From positions 9,858,001 to 9,922,000 of the forward strand of contig CM126210.1 of NCBI GenBank assembly GCA_052327205.1: a stretch of DNA of 64,000 nucleotides. The letters are read 5' to 3'. This DNA is from Somniosus microcephalus (Eukaryota). The notes beneath the pieces are model-generated. The model saw only the letters and a list, made by a program, of their open reading frames with translations, did not search any database and was not told the DNA's origin. Within the stretch, counting starts at the first letter, position 1, and each line of letters begins with the position of its first letter. Position numbers and translations under genes: made by a program. Positions 50,547-61,799 of the stretch are shown piece by piece.

Positions 50547-51685
50547 AGAACATAAGAACATAAGAAGCAAGAGCAGGAGTAGGCCATACGGCCCCTCGAG
50601 CCTGCTCCGCCATTCAATAAGATCATGGCTGATCATCGACCTCAACTCCACTTTCCCACCCGATCCCCATATCCCTCGATTCCCCTAGAGTCCAAAAATC
50701 TATCGATCTCAGCCTTCAATATACTCAAAGACTCAGCATTCACAGCCCTCTGGGGCAGAGAATTCCAAAGATTCACAACCCTCTGAGTGAAGAAATCCCT
50801 CCTCATCTCGGTCTTAACTGGCCTACCCCTTATCCTGAGACTATGCCCCCTAGTTCTAGACACTCCAGCCAGGGGAAACAACCTCTCAGCATCTACACTG
50901 TCAATCCCCCTTCAGAATCTTGTATGTTTCAATGAGATCACCTCTCATTCTTCTAAACTCCAGAGAGTATCGGCCCATTCTACACAATCTCTCATCATAG
51001 GACAGCCCTTTTATCCCAGGAATCAATCTAGTGAACCTTCGTTGCACCGCCTCCAAGGCAAGTATATCCTTCCTTAGATAAGGAGACCAAAACTGTGCAC
51101 AGTACTCCAGGTGTGGTCTCACCAAGGCCCTGTACAATTGGAGCAAGACTTCCTTACTTTTATACTGCAACCCCTTTACAATAAAGGTCAACAGGCCATT
51201 TGCCTTCCTTATTGCTTGCTGTACCTGCATGCTAGCTTTCTGTATTTCTTGCACAAGGACACCCAAATCTCTCTCAACACCAACATTTGAAAGTTTCTCA
51301 CCATTTAAAAAATATTGTTTTTCTATTCTTCCTACCAAAGTGAATAACCTCACATTTCCCTACATTATACTCCATCTGCCACCTTACTGCCCACTCACTT
51401 AGTCTATCTGTATCCTTTTGCAGACTCTGTTCTCCTCACAGCTTACTGTCCCACCTAGCTTTGTATCATCAGCAAACTTGGATACATCACACTCGGTCCC
51501 TTCACCTAGGTCATTAATATAGATTGTAAATAGCTGAGGCCGCAACACTGATCCTTGCGGCACCCCACTAGTTACAGCCTGCCAAACTGAAAAAGATCCG
51601 TTTATCCCTTCTCTCTGTTTTCTGTCAGTTAACCAATCCTCTATATTACCTCCAACCCCATGAACCCTAATCTTGTGTAATAACA
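50547..51685 (-). mobile_element. CR1 3' portion
   Basis: [24 protein letters not shown] and FFTQRVV, with an (agaacata)n tail. Confidence 0.9.
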
Positions 51686-53460
51686 CAAATCTCTCAATTT
51701 TTGCTGCAGATACCCTTTTGCAAGTCTAACAAAAATGTAGCTGGGGAGAGAGGAACAGAAAGATCCTGTTCTAACTATACGATCACAGCCACAATTACCT
51801 GCTGATATTTAGCTTATAACCTCAAAGTATAGTTTCTTGTCAAACTTTGTTACTAGGGACAGCTCAATTTTCTGACCATTTTAGATTTAAAACTACTGGC
51901 ATTGAGGGGGGAGAAAGAGGGGGTGGATGATGTGGGAAATTGCCTTGTAAATTGTCTGATTAACCTGAAACTCCAGTTTGAGAACATAAGGTGTCCAACA
52001 AAATGGCGTCAGGAGATGAACTGAATGCTAGGAAATGGCTGAAAAATAAAAATTAATTACGACTATGAAGGTTTATTTAAACAGAATATTCCTTACCAGT
52101 GATAAGAGGTTAGCATTAGGGACTGAGCTCAGGGATTGCTCGATAGTGGGACATAAATATGCTGTGCCTTATCTGGTCCCATGTAGGATCCTTTGTTGAA
52201 GATTGAGAAGTTAAGAGTAGCAAAAATAGAACTTGGCATGCCTAAGTATCCGTGCCTCATTAACTTTGACATCTTCTAGGACACTTACTAGAAAAGGAGA
52301 AGTGAACCCTTCTGCCACATGTGTAACCCAGATTGGTCAATTGTTATTGAATGGGGTCTTTGATGTATAGAAGAACTTGTTTAGCACAACTCTCAGCAGA
52401 TACTCTTTGTCTTCGTTAAATGTATGTTCTCTTTGTCAGTTAGAAGAAAATTATCTTTGTCTTTATTTTTCTTCTGTAGTAACCTGTACCTAGCAGGTGT
52501 GGAAGGGTACCTTGACAATTACAAAGTATATCTAAGACAGCGTGTAAAAGGTTATACAAGTCAGACTGTATGGTTATATCAGGCAGAGCTAAGTGTTTCA
52601 CTTAACTGTACCAGCTGTCTTAGATCAAGGAAGATGAGGTTTAAGCCAGCTAGCTCAGATACAATCACTCCTGTGTATCGTGGGGTTAGCCAAAACAGAG
52701 GATCCAAGTGCAACAGATAGACTGGGCAAACCAAATTTGCAGTAATAGTGTGGAGGACGAATTCATGGAATGTATGGAAGATAGTTTTCTAGATCAGTAT
52801 GTTGAGGAACCAACTAGGGAACAGGCTACTTTAGATCTAGTATTGTGCAACGAGAAAGGGTTAATTAATAACCTTGTAGTAAAGGGGCCTTGGGGAAGAG
52901 TGACCATAATATAATAGAATTTTATGCTGAGTCTGTAAGTGATTTAGTTAAATCCGAAACTAGGGTCTTAAATCTAAACAAAGCAAACTACATAGGTATG
53001 AAGGGCGGGTTGGCTAAGGTAGATTGGGAAACTACATTAAAAGGTATGACAGTGGACGAGCAATGGCTAGCATTTAAAGAATTAATACATAATTTACAAC
53101 AAATATACATTCCTTTAAGGCACAAAAATCTCACAGGAAAAGTCATCCAACCGGGCTAACAAGAGAAGTTAAAGATAGTATTAGATCAAAGGAAGAGGCT
53201 TATAATGTTGCCAGATAGAGCAGTAAGACTGAGGATTGGGAGGATTTTAGAATTCAGCAAAGGAGGACCAAGAAATTGATAAAGAAAGGGAAAATAGAAT
53301 ATGAGAGTAAACTAGTGAGAGACATAGAAACTGTAAAAGCTTCTATAGTTATGTAAAAGGGAAAAGATTAGTGAAAGTAAATGTGGGTCCCTTACAGGCT
53401 GAGACAGGAGAAATTATAATGAGGAATAAGGAAATGGCAGAGAAATTAAACAAATACTTT

Positions 53461-54300
53461 GGGGTCGATTTTCCTGAAGCTGTCAGGAAGGCGGCGGGAC
53501 TACAACTTTCGGGTTTTAGACCCGCCTACATCGACGTCCGGCCAATCCGCGCGATTTCCCCTTGATTGACCTTGTTGAGCCCACCCAGCGGGCTCAGCAG
53601 ACCAATTAAGGGCCACCCGGCAACAGGTGATGTCACAGACTGCAATTTCAAGAGTTCTTGACAGATGAAATATCAGTGTTTGACAGCTGTTTGAAGCTGT
53701 CAAACACTGACAGTCTGACTTCTAACCTGAGTCCTTCTGCACAGACTCAGTTAGAACTCTCAGCAGCACTCAAAGCTGAAGGCTGTCACTTTTCACAGAT
53801 CGCAGCCATTCAGCTTTAAGTGCCGGCTGAGTGATGGGCTCCCGACAGCTACAGGAAGAAAGGCTGTTAAGGTAAGTACAGGTAAGTAAAAGTTCTTTAC
53901 ACACTTTAGACACACCAAACACACTTACCTTTGCACTCATGCACCCATCACTCACCTGAACACCGACATCGCGACCCCTCCAAGTCCTTCAACCCGACGG
54001 CCCGCCTGCTCTAACCTGGCGTGGTTTGGAGCCGTCGGGAATCCCACACGAAACCCCTCAAAATAGGGATTAGGCTAAAAACTGCCTGTTAACTACCTGT
54101 TAACAGGCAGTTAATTGGCACTAATCCCTTCCCGCCTGGTTTCGGCGGGTCCCAGTGCGGGGCGGGTAACCGTCGCCCCTGAAACTTGCGTGGAGCGGGG
54201 TTTTGGGCGGGATGGTGTCGGGACCCCCCAAATTCAGGATTCCCCCCCCCCCCCACACACACCCGAAACCCCGCCTGACGGCTCCAGGAAAATCGACCCC
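53461..54300. mobile_element. Harbinger-type MITE (family A)
   Basis: Perfect 16-bp TIR GGGGTCGATTTTCCTG and a 3-bp TTT duplication within CR1 'aaatactttgtgtctgtc'. Confidence 0.88.
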
Positions 54301-55374
54301 TTTGTGTCTGTCTTCACAAAAGATGACACAAAAAACTTCCCGGAAATAGTGGACAACCAAGGGTCTAGCGAGAATGGGGAACTGAAAGATATAGTCAGTA
54401 AAAAAGTAATACTGGAGAAATTAATGGGACTGAAAGCTGATAAATCCCCTGGCCTACATCCTAGGGTTTTGAAAGAGGTGGCTATAGAGATAGTGGATGC
54501 ATTGGTTGTCATTTTCCAAAATTCCATAGATTCTAGAACGGTTCCCGCGGACTGGAAGGTAGCAATTGTAACCCCACTATTTAAGAAAGGAGGGAGAGAG
54601 AAAACGGGGAACTACAGACCAGTTAGCCTGACATCAGTAGTAGGGAAAATGCTAGAATCTATTATTAAGGACGTGGTAACAGTGCACTTAGAAAATAATA
54701 ATAGGATTGGGCAGAGTCAACATGGATTTATGAAAGGGAACTCGTGTTTGATGGATCTGTTAAGAGTTTTTTGAGGTTGTAACTAGCAGAATAGATAAGG
54801 GGGAACCAGTGGATGTGGTGTATTTGGATTTTCAGAAGGCATTCGATAAGGTGCCACACAAGAGGTCATTAAACAAAATTAGGGCTCATGCGATTGGGGG
54901 TAATATACTAGCATGGATTGAGGATTGGTTAACAGACAGAAAACAGAGAGTAGGAATAAACGGGTCATTTTCAGGTTGGCAAGCTGTAACTCGTGGAGTA
55001 CCGCAAGGATCAGTGCTTGAGCCTCAGCTATTTACAATCTACATCAATGATTTGGATGAGGGGACCAAATGTAATATATCCAAGTTTGCTGATGATACAA
55101 AGCCGGTTGGGAATGTAAGTTGTGAGGAGGATGCAAGGAGACTTCAAGGGGTTATAGGCAGGCTAAGTGAGTGGGCAAGAACATGGCAAATGGAATATAA
55201 TGTGGAGAAATGTGAAGTTATCCACTTTGGTAGGAAAAATAGAAAAGCAGAGTATTTTTTAAAATGGTGAGAGATTGGAAAATGTTGGTGTTCAGAGGGA
55301 CCTGGGTGTCCTTGTACACGAATCACTGAAAATTAACATGCAGGTACAGCAAGCAATTAGGAAAGCAACTGGTA

Positions 55375-55707
55375 CAGGAAACTGTGTTATATCCGGCACC
55401 GACAGGACCGAGCTGTTGCCAATCTATCAAAACTGCCAGACATACAAAGTTAATGTTGAAGCATACGGAGGTTTTCATCTCCGTATCTGACAACAAACAC
55501 TGTTGCTTAGCAACAGCTTGTAAACAGTCGGCCCGTACCTTGGAAGCGTCTCTGTAGCTTAGCAACAGCTTCAGAGAGACTTTCCAGAGCCCGACTGTTG
55601 AAAACAAAGCCACGAGAAGAAAAAAAACCTAACAAAACGGCTCCTGATTTCTGCCGGTAGATTGAGGTTTCCAGACATACAACCTCCGGATAAACCAAAG
55701 TTTCCTG
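55375..55707. mobile_element. Tigger-like MITE, copy 4
   Basis: TA|CAGGAAACTGTG..CAAAGTTTCCTG|TA inside CR1. Confidence 0.85.
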
Positions 55708-57109
55708 TACGTTGGCCTTAATTACAAGAGGATTTGAGTACAAGAGTAAAGACGTCTTACTGCAATTATATAGGGCCCTGGTGAGACCACACCTGGAGCA
55801 TTATGTACAGTTTTGATCTCCTTACCCAAGGAAGGATATACTTGCCATAGAGGGAGTGCAATGAAGGTTCACCAGACTGGTTCCTGGGATGAGGGGATTG
55901 TCCTATGGGGAGAGATTGAGTAGACTAGGCCTATATTCTCTAGAGTTTAGAAGAATGAGAGGTGATCTCATTGAAACATACAAAATTCTTACAGGGCTTG
56001 ACAGGGTAGATGCAGGGAGGATGTTTCCCCTGGCTCGGGAGTCTAGAACCAGGGGTCACAGTCTCAGAATAAGTGGTCAGCCATTTAGGACTGAGATGAG
56101 GAGAAATTTCTTCACTCAAGAGCTTGGTGAATCTTTGGAATTCTCTACCCTGGAGGGCTGTGGAGGCTCAGTCATTGGGCCAAATAGCCTACTCCTGCTC
56201 CTATTTCTTACGTCCTTATAAACCCACCACCGAAGTGACTCATCAATTCAATGTTCCAGAATCTAATGCCACCATCCCAGGGAATAAAGATGATTGACTC
56301 ACCCACAGCGTCCATAAGCTCTGGAAACAATGTTAACCACCAGTACAGAGACTTTAATCTATCCAATAGACTGGCTATATATTACTGTTAACTTGCCAGC
56401 TATCCAAGGAGTTCAATCATAGATTAATCTTCCCAATTTATATCAGTTCCAGACATGGATCTCAACTGTAATTTGATAATCAGCAATCCAGTTAATGCTG
56501 ACTGATGGTGACACTGCTGAATGGATTTAAAACCTCTTATTCATTTCATTAAGTAACTCTGTCTATTAATTATGGGTTATTCAAATCACTAAATAACCCT
56601 GTCTACAACTATTTTATCTTTTAATTGTTGGTATGCTCACTGTTTGAATTTAAGTAGTGATAATTGTAGTTTGTAGTTAATAAATAGTTGTTTGTGCATG
56701 ACTTGTCTGACTTCTTTGATGATATGGCACGAAAGAGTTAATTTCATTTACTCAGTAGCTTGGGGGTATCCTAACAGAGTTAAGGTGAACTCGTATCCAA
56801 TCCGAACTGGGTAATGCAAGACAGTTCTGCAAGCCAAACTTAGGCATCATGCGCTGCAAGACCTAAGCTGGATGGTAAACCTCAGACAGTTCTTTAGTGA
56901 AAAGCTATGTGAGGCGGTTAAGGATTCATCTGGTTCCTTGGCATATATTTGTTGAGATACTGAACTCCAGCGTTCTTACAAATTAGACACGAGATTTTTT
57001 TTTAAATGAAAGATAATCTATATTAAAATTACCAACACTCTTTATAAACGACCAGGATTTGACTTACCCAGTTTACATTTGAGCACCAAATTTGAATTAT
57101 GCCACTCTG

Positions 57110-57395
57110 CCCTACAACCCTCCAAGAACTCTGGGTTCCTCCAACGTTGGCCTCATGCATCCCTCACTCCTTTTGCCCCACCACTGTGTCTTCAGCTGTC
57201 TAGGCCCGAAGCTCTGAAATTCCCTCCATCTTTCCACCTCCCTCTCCTCCTTAAAACCCACCTCTTCAATTTGGTCAACCAACATTTCCTTCTTTGACTC
57301 GGCATCCATTTTGTCTGATTACACCTCTGTAAAGTGCCTTGGGGCATATTCCTACATTAAAGGTGCTATATAAATGCAAGTTATTATTGTTGTTC
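57110..57395 (+). mobile_element. L2 3' end
   Basis: ccttaaaacccacctctt..gtgccttgggg..aaaggtgctatataaatgcaagtt..ttgttgtt. Confidence 0.7.
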
Positions 57396-58751
57396 TTACC
57401 TGCAATCAATAAATCAATAATGTTACTCTATACATTCAAAGTGATTGCTAGAAATGCTCATTCATCAGATAAAGATAAGTTTAAGAATTCAATAGCATCC
57501 AGTAGCAGTTAAACTTATTTACAAATAAGCAGTGATGGTTGACTTGGTTTACCATGAAAATTCTCTTTATTCTCATCAATAAAATGTGCAAAATTAAGAT
57601 TTCAATGAAGTCATTTGCATTCACAATTGGTTCCATGCATTATTCTCACACTTAATGAACATTCAGCTATGTTATACAACATGGGTCTCAATTTTCCTTA
57701 CAGATATTTTACAAGCAACTGGGAATATTGCCATAGCCACTGCCTTACCATGAACCGAAGAAAGGTTTGGAACACAAAATGCCATTAGATCAACAAGTTT
57801 TCATAGATTAATCCCCAAATGAGAGATAGGACCCTGCTTGAACATGTGAAAAATGGATACACTAGGCCACTAAAAGGAGGAAAAGGGGGAAAAACTAAGT
57901 AAAAGGAGCCAATTCAAGCAGAAAACAAATTTAGTCATGTAACAATTAGATACCCCATTAAAGATAGCAAGCTCCAAAATGGCAAAAAGGGGCCTTCCAG
58001 ATAGACCCCCTTTTTAAAATTAATTTACTTATGTACGATGAATTGCATCTGCCAGCTACTGATCTAGTTACCTGGAAGATGTAAATGCTTTGGAATATTG
58101 TTATTTGCCTCCTATTTTGTAATAAATTGCATTTTATCCTGACAAAGTGAAAATGTCTACTTAAAAACATATAGCATTGCAGAGAAAGTAAATTTGTGAC
58201 CAATACCACAATTTCTCTGCTACTTTTGACCTTTCAGTACTGTTGCCTCCATGACATTGTCTCTTCACCTGTGATTGTCTTTTCTTACTCTTCTCTGCAC
58301 CCAATTTTACAATACTTGTAGGCTTTCCAGTATTCAGATAAAATCCATAAAACCTTTTCCCTCTCTTCCCCCATCCTGCTTTCCTAATCAAGAAAAAGTG
58401 GACCGTAACGCTGATAAAACACTCAAAATCTATTTGTACAAGCTCTTCCTTGGAGATGGTAGTAGCAGCGACCTTTTCAACTGGGAAAAAATTCTAGGTA
58501 CCATTTGATCTCTGCAGCAGATCCCGGGGCAATATTTGATCCTGCCATGCACTACTCTGTCCCTGTGTCAGTCACTCACTAAACATCAAACACATTCAAT
58601 TTTACATTATTTTAATTGTAAAAGGAGGAAATTGTATTTGCTAGTAACTCCCAAAATAACCAGTAAGCTTTACCTCTAAATTGATGCAAATAATCTAATT
58701 TTAAAAATATATATATATAGTTATAAGTATAACCAGATAGGCACGGTATTT

Positions 58752-60808
58752 AGAGTCATAGAGTAATACAGCACGGATAGAGGCCCTTCGGCCCATCGTG
58801 TCCGCGCCGGCCATCAAGCCCTGTCTAATCTAATCCCATATTCCAGCATTTGGCCCGTAGCCTTGTATGCTATGGCATTTCAAGTGCACATCCAAATGCT
58901 TCTTAAATGTTGTGAGGGTTTCTGCCTCCACAACCCTTTCAGGCAGTGAGTTCCAGACTCCAACCACCCTCTGGGTGAAAAAGTTCTTTCTCAAATCCCC
59001 TCTAAACCTCCCGCCCTTTACCTTGAATCTATGCCCCCTAGTTATTGACCCCTCTCCTAAGGGAAAAAGCTCCTCAGCATCCATCCTATCTATGCCCCTC
59101 ATAATTTTGTACACCTCAATCATGTCCCCCCTCAGCCTCCTCAGCTCCAAGGAAAACAAACCCAACCTGCCCAGTCTCTCTTCATAGCTGAAGCGCTCCA
59201 GCCCTGGTAACATCCTGGTGAACCTCCTCTGCACCCTCTCTAACGCGATCACATCCTTCCTGTAGTGTGGCGACCAGAACTGCACACAATATTCCAGCTG
59301 TGGCCTAACCAGTGTTTTATACAGCTCCATCATAACCTCCTTGCTCTTATATTCAATGCCTCGGCTAATGAAGGCAAGTATCCCATATGCCTTTTTTACC
59401 ACCTTATCCACCTGTTCCGCCGCCTTCAGGGATCTGTGTACTTGCACACCCAGATCCCTCTGACCCTCCGTCTTGCCTAGGGTCTTTCCATTCATTGTGT
59501 ATTCCTTTGCCTTGTTAGTCCCCCCAAAGTGCATCACCTCGCACTTTTCCGGGTTAAATTCCATTTGCCACTGTTCCGCCCATCTGACCAACCCATCTAT
59601 ATCGTCCTGCAGACTGAGGCTACCCTCCTCGCTATTTACCACCCTACCAATTTTTGTATCATCCGCGAACTTACTGATCATACCCTTTACATTCATATCC
59701 AAGTCATTAATGTAGACCACAAACAGCAAGGGACCCAGCACCGATCCTTGTGGTACCCCACTGGCCACAGGCTTCCAGTCACAAAAACAACCTTCGACCA
59801 TCACCCTCTGCCTTCTGCCACTAAGCCAGTTTTGTATCCAATGTGCCAAGGCACCCTGGATTCCATGGGCTCTTACCTTCTTGACCAGTCTCCTGTGCGG
59901 GACTTTATCGAAGGCCTTACTGAAATCCATGTATACCACATCCACTGCGTTACCCTCATCCACACACCTAGTCACCCCCTCAAAAAATTCAATCAAATTA
60001 GTCAGACATGATCTTCCCTTGACAAAGCCATGTTGACTATCCCTGATTAATCCTTGCCTCTCCAAGTGGAGACAAATTTTGTCCCTCAGGATTTTTTCCA
60101 ATAATTTTCCTACCACTGATGTTAGGCTCACTGGCCTGTAGTTCCCCGGTTTTTCCCTACTACCCTTCTTGAATAATGGTACTACGTTAGCTGTTCTCCA
60201 GTCCTCTGGCACATCCCCTGTGGCCAGAGAGGTCCTGAATATATGCGTTAGAGCCCCCGCAATCTCCTCCTTTGCCTCACACAGCAGCCTGGGATACATT
60301 TCATCCGGGCCTGGGGATTTATCCATTTTTAGGCCAGCTAAAACCGCCAATACCCCCTCCCGCTCGATGTTAATATGTTCGAGCATATCACAGTCCCCCC
60401 GCCCTATTTCTATGTCTACATCGTCCTTCTCCATAGTGAAAACAGATGCAAAAAATTCATTTAGAACCCCTCCTACATCTTCCGGCTCCACACACAGATT
60501 GCCACTTTTGTCCCTAATGGGCCCTATTTTTTCCCTAGTTATCCTCTTACCCTTAATATACTTATAAAACATCTTCGGATTTTCCTTTATTTTGCTTGCC
60601 AGTGTTATTTCATGGCCCCTCCTTGATCTCCTAATTTCTTTTTTAAGTATCCCCCTGCACTTTTTGTACTCCTCTAGGGCTTCCTCCGTCTTTAGCCTTT
60701 TGTATCTACCAAAAGCCCTCCTTTTTTTCCTAATCCATTCTCGTATATCCCCTGTCATCCAAGGTTCCCTGTGGTTTTTGGAACCACCCTTGACCTTTAC
60801 GGGAACAT
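58752..60808 (-). mobile_element. Young 5'-truncated CR1 with an uninterrupted RT reading frame
   Basis: The ORF from 58830 to about 60808 (~660 codons) has no stops, from VPVKVKGG through KSPGPD and FADDTKIG to YGPNAGIWD*. The 3' tail is intact. Confidence 0.95.
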
Positions 60809-61799
60809 TTCTCAGAACTGATGCTACAGGGGGTCCATCAACTAGGAAAAAAAACCTTGTGTCAGCAATATAGTATTTCAAATTTGGTTTTAAAGAACGT
60901 AGTATCGGTGGGGATGTCGAAAAGATATTTGAAACCAACTGGTTTCCATTACATTTGTCAAACAAATTTATTATAGCTATCAGCTAAAGTTATTACCCAA
61001 ATTTATATCATGATCTACAACACATTTAAAATTAATTGGTCTCATTGACATGTATGCATTCTCACGGTCCTGTTTTATAAAAACATAATAAATGCATCCT
61101 GTTATGCTGGTTAATTTCCAAATAACCTGTTTATTTTAACGGCTGATTAAAATCACCACACTAAGCTTATGCACGGAAATTCAACCAACAAGCAAATCCT
61201 GCTAGAATTCAGTTACTTTGTCACTTCCAATCCTTGTGAAAGGTTGTCTCAAATCTGAATTACTGATATAGAAAATACTTAGATTAGTCCCATTTTTAAC
61301 AATGTGTGCTTTTATTCACTGCAGGTAAGTGCAATCAGCATCACATGTACAAGTGTGCTCCCACATACTGGGGGACTAACTGTTTGTTTTACAGCAAGGT
61401 AAACCAAAACTACCTGCATTGCAATTTGAATTCTTCCCTTCCTGCCACCCATCCAAATTTCACTCATCCTCCACATTCAGTGACTAACATTAGGTACAGT
61501 TTTGCAAGTACAAATACATCATGTCTAATACCAAATGGTCATGCTTTGTGTATGAACATAGGCAGCAAGAACCAGCAGACTATTCAATCATTAAGGAAAA
61601 TTACATCCAAGCTAAGTCTTGTCCCCACCCACTAGCCACAGATGGCACTCTCGCCAGCAGGGTCTTTGGACTGTGATCCAGAGTGGAAATCCTGGTTGAT
61701 TTTTCTTTACCCTGGTACAGTGAAGCAAATTGCAGTTCCCCTAATATCAACCTAGCTAAGAAAAAAGATTGTTTATCCTCCCTAATAACTTATCTTGAG

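Larger units (their letters stand above)
52708..56220 (+). mobile_element. CR1 ORF2 (end of APE plus RT) with two MITE insertions
   Basis: PTREQATLDLVL, KSDHN, NYRPVSLTS and FADDTK, with a 3' tail at about 56180-56220. Confidence 0.9.
51931..56980 (+). mobile_element. Possible long LTR (about 1.5 kb) split by a CR1
   Basis: A purine tract at 51904-51930 is followed by TGTGGGAA; the segment ends TTCTTACA and has AATAAA at 56679. No TSD was found. Confidence 0.3.

Noticed and set aside
54115-54774. Chimeric ORFs crossing TE junctions (also 24479-25621, 23292-23675 and 42226-42726)
   Set aside because: They are explained by nested insertions joining unrelated frames.
60809-60965. N-terminal extension of the 711-aa ORF as a host-RT fusion
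   Set aside because: It is chance open frame in flanking DNA beyond the CR1 truncation point, with no splice or domain evidence.
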